DNA from: Eledone cirrhosa
Taxonomy: Eukaryota
Direction of reading: 5' to 3'
DNA length: 64,000 nt
NCBI GenBank assembly: GCA_964016885.1
Contig: OZ024742.1
Location: 22,320,001 to 22,384,000, forward strand
Shown: positions 55,130 through 64,000 of the stretch, piece after piece
Layout: each line of letters starts with the position of its first letter
Position numbering within the stretch: position 1 is the first letter of the stretch
The notes under the pieces: model-generated
What the model was told of the DNA's origin: nothing
Seen by the model: only the letters and a program-made list of their open reading frames with translations
Databases searched by the model: none
Translations under genes and position numbers: made by a program

Positions 55130-58100
55130 CCTCCATGCTACAGACACTGTCTAACAGGCCCTTCCCCCCAACCACCACCACCACCATACTACAGACACTG
55201 TCTAAACCCACCCACCACCACCATACTACAGACACTGTCTAAACCCACCCACCATCACCATACTACAGACACTGTCTAAACCCCCCACTACAACCATACT
55301 ACAGACACTGTCTAAACCCCCCCACCAACACCATACTACAGACACTCTCTAACCCCCCCCACCATACTACAGACACTGTCTAACCCCCCCACCCCACCAT
55401 ACTACAGACACTGTCTAAACCCACCCACCACCACCATACTACAGACACTGTCTAAAACCACCCACCACCACCATACTACAGACACTGTCTAAACCCCCCC
55501 ATCACCACCATACTACAGAAACTCTCTAAACCCACCCACCACCACCATACTACAGACACTGTCTAACCCCCCCATACTACTGACACTGTCTAAACTCCCC
55601 ACCACCACCACCATACTACAGACACTGTCTAAGACCCCCCACCACCACCATACTACATACACTGTCTAAACCCCCCCTATCACCATACTACAGACACTGT
55701 CTACCCCCCCCCCCCCCACCACCATACTACAGACACTGTCTAAGACCCCCCACCACCACCATACTACAGACACTGTCTAAACCCCCCCTACAACCATACT
55801 ACAGACACTGTCTAACCCCCCCCCCCCCCTCCCACACCACCACCATACTACAGACACTGTCTAACCCCCCCACCACCACCATACTACAGACACTGTCTAA
55901 ACCCCCCCACCACCACCATACTACAGACACTGTCTAAACCCCCCCACCACCACCATACTACAGACACTGTCTAAACCCCCCCACCACCACCATACTACAG
56001 ACACTGTCTAAACCCCCCCCACCACCACCATACTACAGACACTATCTAACCCCCCCCCCGCCATACTACAGACACTGTCTAAACCCCCCCACCACCACCA
56101 TACTACAGACACTGTCTAAACCCCCCCACCGCCACCATACTACAGACACTGTCTAAACCCCCCCACCACCACCATACTACAAACACTGTATAACCCCCCC
56201 ATACTACAGACACTGTATAACCCCCCCCCATAATACAGACACTGTCTAAACCCACCCACCACCACCATACTACAGACACTGTCTAACCCGCCCCCCCACC
56301 ACCATACTACAGGCACTGTCTAAACCCCCCCACCACCACCATACTACAGACACTGTCTAAACCCACCCACCACCACTATACTACAGACACTGTCTAAACC
56401 CCCCCACCCCCAACCATACTAAAGACACTGTCTAAACCCACCCATCACCACCATACTACAGACACAGTCTAAGCCCCCCCACCACCATCATACTACAGAC
56501 ACTGTCTAAACCCACCCACCACCACCATACTACAGACACTGTCTAACCCCCCCATACTACAGACACTGTCTAACCCCCTCCCACCCCACCACCATACTAC
56601 AGACACTGTCTACCCCCCCCCCATACTACAGACACTGTCTAACCCCCCCACCAGCCCCATACTACAGACACTGTCTAAACCCCCACCACCACCATACTAC
56701 AGACACTGTCTAAACCCCCCACCACCACCATACTACAGACACTGTCTAAACCCCCCCCCACTCCACCACCACCATACTACAGACACTGTCTAAACCCACC
56801 CACCACCACCATACTACAGACACTGTCTAAACCCCCCACCCCCAACCATACTACATACACTGTCTAACCCCCCCACCACCACCATACTACAGACACTCTC
56901 TAAACCCCCCCACCCCCAACCTTACTACAGACACTGTCTAACCCCCACACCACCACCATACTACAGACACTGTCTAAACCCCCCACCACCACCATACTAC
57001 AGATACTGTCTAAACCCCCCCCCCACCACCACCATACTACAGACACTGTCTAAACCCCCCACCACCACCATACTACAGATACTGTCTAAACCCCCCCACC
57101 ACCACCATACTACAGATACTGTCTAAACCCCCCCACCACCACCATACTACAGACACTCTAAACCCCCCCACCCCCAACCTTACTACAGACACTGTCTAAC
57201 CCCCCCACCACCACCATACTACAGACACTGTCTAAACCCCCCACCACCACCATACTACGGATACTGTCTAAACCCCCCCACCACCACCATACTACGGACA
57301 TTGTCTAACCCCCCCATACTACAGACACTGTCTAAAACCCCCCCCCACCATACTACAGACACTGTCTACCCCCCCCATACTACAGACACTGTCTAAACAC
57401 ACCCACCACCACCACCACCATACTACAGACACTGTTTACCCCCCCCCCCCCCCGCCCCACCACCACCATACTACAGACACTGTCTAAACCCACCCACCAC
57501 CACCATACTACAGACACTGTCTAACCCCCCCACCATACTACAGACACTGTGTAACGCCCCCCCCCCCTCATACTACAGACACTGTCTAACCCCACCCCCA
57601 CCATACAACAGACACTGTCTAAACCCACCCACCACCACCATACTACAGACACTGTCTAACCCCCCCACCATACTACAGACACTGTCTAAACCCCCCACCA
57701 CCACCATACTACAGACACTGTCAAACCCCCCACCACCACCATACTACAGACACTGACTAAACCCACCCCCAACCATACTACAGACACTGTCTAAACCCGC
57801 CCAACACCACCACTTGCCATACTACAGACACTGTCTAAACCCCCCACCAACACCATACCAGAGACACTGTCTAAACCCCCCACCACCACCATACTACAGA
57901 CATTGTCTAAACCCCCCCCACCACCAACATACTACAGACACTGTTTAAACCCGCCCACCACCACCATACTACAGACACTGTCTAAACCCACCCACCACCA
58001 CCACCATACTACAGACACTGACTAAACCCACCCCCAACCATACTACAGACACTGTCTAAACCCCCCCACCACCACCAACCAACACTTCTAACCCCCAAGA

Positions 58101-61100
58101 CACTGACTAAACCCACCCCACCACCATAACTACAGACACTGTCTAAACCCACCCACCAACCACAACACCCAAACCCCCCCGCCCACCCAGACACAGACTC
58201 TACAAACCCACCCCCACCATACTACAGACACTGTCTAAACCCACAACCACCACCATACTACAGACACTGTCTAAACCCACCCACCACCACCATACTACAG
58301 ACACTGTCTAAACCCACCCACCACCACCACCATACTACAGACACTGACTAAACCCACCCCCAACCATACTACAGACACTGTCTAAACCCACCCACCACCT
58401 CCATACTACAGACACTGTCTAAACCCCCCACCACCACCATACTACAGACACTGTCTAAACCCCCCCACCACCACCATACTACAGACACCGTCTAAACCCC
58501 CCCACCACCACCATACTACAGACCCTGTCTAAACCCCCCCACCACCACCATACTACAGACACTGTCTAAACCCACCCACCACCACCATACTACAGACACT
58601 GTCTAAACCCCCCCACCACCACCATACTATAGACACTGTCTAAACCCACCCACCACCACCAGACTACAGATACTGTCTAAACCCACCCAACCATACTACA
58701 GACACTGTGTAAACCCACCCACCACCACCATACTACAGACACTGTCTAAACTCCCCCACCACCACCATACTACAGACACTCTCTAAACCCACCCACCACC
58801 ACCATACTACCGACACTGTCTAAACCCCCCAACCATATTACAGACACTGTCTAAACCCCCCCACCACCACCATACTACAGACGCTGTCTAAACCCCCCCC
58901 CCCCCCACCACCACCATACTACAGACACTGTCTAAACCCAACCATCACAACCATACTACAGACACTGTCTAAACCCACCCACCACCAGCTCCATACTACA
59001 GACACTGTCTAACCCCCCCCCCACCATACTACTGACACTGTCTAAATCCCCCCCCCCCCACCACCATACTACAGACACTGTCTAAACACCCTCACCACCA
59101 CCATACTACAGACACTGTCTAAACCCACCCATCACCACCATACTACAGACACTGTCTAAACCCCCCCAACCATACTACAGACACTGTCTAAACCTCCCCA
59201 TCACCACCATACTACAGACACTGTCTAAACCCCCCCAACCATACTACAGACACTGTCTAAACCCCCCACCACCACCATACTTCATACACTGTCTAAACCC
59301 CCCACCACCACCATACTACGGACAGTGTCTAAACACCCCACCACCACCATACTACAGACAGTGTCTAAACCCCCCACCACCGCCATACTACAGACACTGT
59401 CTAAACCCCCCACCACCACCATACTACAGACACTGTCTAAACCCACCCACCACCACCAGACTACAGACACTGTCTAAACCCCCCCAACCATACTACAGAC
59501 ACTGTCGAAACCCACCCACCACCACCATACTACAGACACTGTCTAAACGCACCCACCACCACCATACTACAGACACTGTCTAAACCCACCCACCACCACC
59601 AGACTACAGACACTGTCTAAACACCCCCAACCATACTACAGACACTGTCTAAACCCACCCACCACCACCATACTACAGACACTGTCTAAACGCACCCACC
59701 ACCACCATACTACAGACAGTGTCTAAACCCACCCACCACCACCAGACTACAGACACTGTCTAAACCCCCCACCACCACCATACTACAGACACTGTCTAAA
59801 CCCACCCACCACCACCATACTACAGACACTGTCTAACCCTCCCCCACCATACTGCAGACACTCTCTAACCCCCCCCCCCCCACCACCACCATACAACAGA
59901 CACTGTCTAACCACCCAACCATACTGCAGACGCACTCTAACCCTACCCCACCACCACCATACTACAGACACTGTCTAAACCCACCCACCACCATCATACT
60001 ACAGACACTGTCTAAACCCACCCCCAACCATACTACAGACACTGTCTAAACCCACCCCCAACCATACTACAGACACTGTCTAAACCCCCCACCACGACCA
60101 TACTATAGACACTGTCTAAAACCCCCCCACCAACACCACCTCCATACTACAGACACTGTCTCCCCCCCTAACCATACTACAGACACTGTCTAAACCCACC
60201 CACCACCACCATACTACAGACACTGTCTACACCCCCCACCACCACCATACTACAGACACTGTCTAAACCCACCCACCACCACCATACTACAGAGACTGTC
60301 TAAACCCACCCCCAACCATACTACAGACACTGTCTAAACCCACCCCCAACCATACTACAGACACTGTCTAAACCCACCCACCACCACCATACTACAGAGA
60401 CTGTCTAACCCCCCCCCCCCACCACCATACTACAGACACTGTCTAAACCCACCCCCAACCATACTACAGACACTGTCTAAACCCACCCACCACCACCATA
60501 CTACAGACACTCTCTAACCCCACCCACCACCACCACCATACTACAGACACTGACTAAACCCACCCCCAACCATACTACAGACACTGTCTAAACCCGCCCA
60601 CCACCACCACCTGCCATACTACAGACACTGTATAAACCCCCCCCCCCCACCACCACGATACTACAGACACTGTCTAAACCCACCCCCAACCATACTACAG
60701 ACACTGTCTAAACCGCCCACCACCACCACCTGCCATACTACAGACACTGTCTAAACCCCCCCACCACCACCATACTACAGACACTGTCTAAACCCACCCC
60801 CAACCATACTACAGACACTGTCTAAACCCCCCCCCCCACCACCACCAGATTACAGACACTGTCTAAACCCCCCCACAGACACCCTACTACAGACACTGTC
60901 TAACCCCCCCACCACCACCATACTACAGACACTGTCTAAAGCTACCCACCACCACCATACTAGAGACACTGTCTAAACCCCCCCACCAACACCCTACTAC
61001 AGACACTGTCTAAACCCCCCCACCACCACCATACTACAGACACTGTCTAAACCCACCCCCAACCATACTACAGACACTGTCTAAACCCCCCCCCCCACCA

Positions 61101-64000
61101 CCACCAGATTACAGACACTGTCTAAACCCCCCCACAGACACCCTACTACAGACACTGTCTAACCCCCCACCACCACCATACTACAGACACTGTCTAAAGC
61201 TACCCACAACCACCATACTACAGACACTGTCTACCCCCCATACTACAGACACTGTCTAAACCCGCCCACCACCACCACCTCCATACTACAGACACTGTCT
61301 AAACCCCCCCACCACCACCATACTACAGACACTGTCTAAACCCACCCACCACCATACTACAGACACTGACTAAACCCACCCCCAACCATACTACAGACAC
61401 TGTCTAAACCCCCTGCACCACCACCATACTACAGACACTGTCTAAACCCCCCCACCACCACCATACTAGTGACTCTGTCTAAACCCCCCACCACCACCAT
61501 ACTACAGTCACTGTCTAAATCCCCCCACCACCACCATACTACAGACACTGTCTAAAGCTACCCACCACCACCATACTACAGACACTGTCTAAACCCCCTA
61601 ACACCACTATACTACAGACACTCTCTAAACCCACCCCCCAACCATACTACAGACACTGTCTAAACCCCCCACCACCACCATACTACAGACACTGTCTAAC
61701 CCCCCCCCCCAATCATACTACAGACGCTGTCTAAACCCACCCACCACCACCATACTACAGACAGTGTCTAAAACCACCCCCAACCATACTACAGACACTG
61801 TCTAAACCCCCACCACCACCATACTACAGACACTGTCTAAACCACCCCACCCCACCCCGACCTCCATAATACAGACACTGTCTAAACCCCCCCACCACCA
61901 CCATACTACAGACACTGTGTAAACCCACCCACCACCACCATACTACAGACACTGTTTAAACCCACCCACCACCACCATACTACAGACACTGTCTAAACAC
62001 CCCCCAACCATACTACAGACACTGTCTAAACCCACTCACCACCACCATACTACAGACACTGTCTAAACACCCCCCAACCATACTACAGACACTGTCTAAA
62101 CCCACCCACCACCACCATACTACAGACACTGTGTAAACCCACCCACCACCACCATACTACAGACACTGTCTAAACACCCCCCAACCATACTACAGACACT
62201 GTCTAAACCCCCCCACCACCACCATACTACAGACACTGTCTAAACACCCCCCAACCATACTACAGACACTGTCTAAACCCCCCCCCCCACCACCACCATA
62301 CTACAGACACTCTCTTAACCCACCCACCACCACCATACTACAGACACTGTCTATACCCACCCACCACCACCATACTACAGACACTCTCTAAACCCACCCA
62401 CCACCACCATACTACAGACACTGTTTAAACGCCCCCCCAACCATACTACAAACACTGTCTAAACCCTACCACCACCACCATACTACAGACACTGTCTAAA
62501 CCCACCCACCACCACCATACTACAGACACTGTCTAAACCCACACCTAACCATACTACAGACACTGTCTAAACCCCCCACCACGACCATACTACAGACACC
62601 GTCCCAACTCCCCCACCACCACCACCTCCATACTACAGACACTGTCTCCCCCCTAACTATACTACAGAGACTGTCTAAACCCACCCACCACCACCATACT
62701 ACAGTCACTGTCTAAACCCACCCCCAACCATACTACAGACACCGTTTAAACCCACCCACCACCACCATACTACAGACACTGACTAAACCCACCCCCAACC
62801 ATACTACATACACTGTAAACCCGCCCAACAACACCACCTGCCATACTACAGACACTGTCTAACCCCCCCCCCCACCATACCAGAGACACTGTCTAAACCC
62901 CCCACCCACCACCATACTAGAGACATTTTCTAAACACCCCCACCACCACCATACTACAGACACTGTCTAAACCCCCCCACCACCACCATACTACAGACAC
63001 TGTCTAAACCCCCCCACCACCACCATACTAGAGACATTTTCTAAACCCCCCCACCACCACCATACTACAGACACTGTCTAAACCCACCCACCACCACCAC
63101 CATACTACAGACACTGACTAAACCCACCCCCAACCATACTACAGACACTGTCTAAACCCACCCACCACCACCACCATACTACCGACACTGACTAAACCCA
63201 CCCCCAACCATACTACAGACACTGTCTAAACCCGCCCACCACCACCACCTCCATACTACAGACACTGACTAAACCCGGCCCCAACCATACTACAGACACT
63301 GTCTAAACCCGCCCACCACCACCACCTCCATACTACAGACACTGACTAAACCCGGCCCCAACCATACTACAGACACTGTCTAAACCCGCCCACCACCACC
63401 ACCATACTACAGACACTGACTAAACCCACCCCCAACCATACTACAGACACTGTCTAAACCCACCCACCACCACACTACCGACACTGACTAAACCCACCCC
63501 CAACCATACGACAGACACTGTCTAAACCCGCCCACCACCACCACCTCCATACTACAGACACTGACTAAACCCGGCCCCAACCATACTACAGACACTGTCT
63601 AAACCCGCCCACCACCACCACCATACTACAGACACTGACTAAACCCACCCCCAACCATACTACAGACACTGTCTAAACCCACCCACCACCAGCTCCATAC
63701 TACAGACACTGTCTAAACCCACCCACCACCACCATACTACAGACACTGACTAAACCCACGCCCAACCATACTACAGACACTGTCTAAACCCGCCCACCAC
63801 CACCACCTCCATACTACAGACACTGTCTAAACCCACCCACCACCACCATACTACAGACACTGACTAAACCCACGCCAACCATACTACAGACACTGTCTAA
63901 ACCCGCCCACCACCACCACCTCCATACTACAGACACTGTCTAAACCCACCCACCACCACCATACTACAGACACTGACTAAACCCACCCCCAACCATACTA
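55130..64000. repeat. ~37-bp minisatellite/satellite: conserved core CCATACTACAGACACTGTCTAAAC plus variable C/CCA linker
   Basis: Roughly 240 tandem units of 30-45 bp running to the window end. Confidence 0.97.

Noticed and set aside
55130-64000. CRISPR-like look (conserved palindromic repeat plus variable spacer)
   Set aside because: Spacers are short low-complexity C/CCA runs rather than unique sequences. There are no cas genes, and the context is eukaryotic.

Overview
Eukaryotic, repeat-dominated, largely non-coding DNA. An animal origin, probably cephalopod/octopus-like, is inferred from the dense (TA)n/(CA)n microsatellites and the SINE, LINE and Penelope repertoire; it is not proven. 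Layout: (1) a 44-bp satellite array from 1 to ~18.9 kb; (2) a ~28-kb mosaic from ~19 to 47 kb of (TA)n microsatellites studded with retroelement pieces, including tRNA-derived SINEs, CR1/L2-group LINE fragments, a near full-length decayed CR1-like LINE, a Penelope-like element (RT C-terminus plus GIY-YIG endonuclease), an L1/Tx1-like RT fragment and a CRE-like fragment; (3) (CAC)n then (GGT/AGT)n trinucleotide tracts from ~47 to 55 kb; (4) a ~37-bp C-rich minisatellite from 55.1 kb to the end. Almost all ORFs in the track are repeat artefacts. The most notable hidden signal is a cluster of sequence-unrelated minimal type-I hammerhead ribozyme (HHR) motifs. It includes a compensatory U3-A8 core variant and two with 60-70 nt loop II inserts. 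Several fold-back (palindromic) insertions have their inversion axis at the HHR helix II/loop II region. Two small phase-compatible candidate host exons were also noticed. All ribozyme calls come from manual base-pairing; activity is untested.
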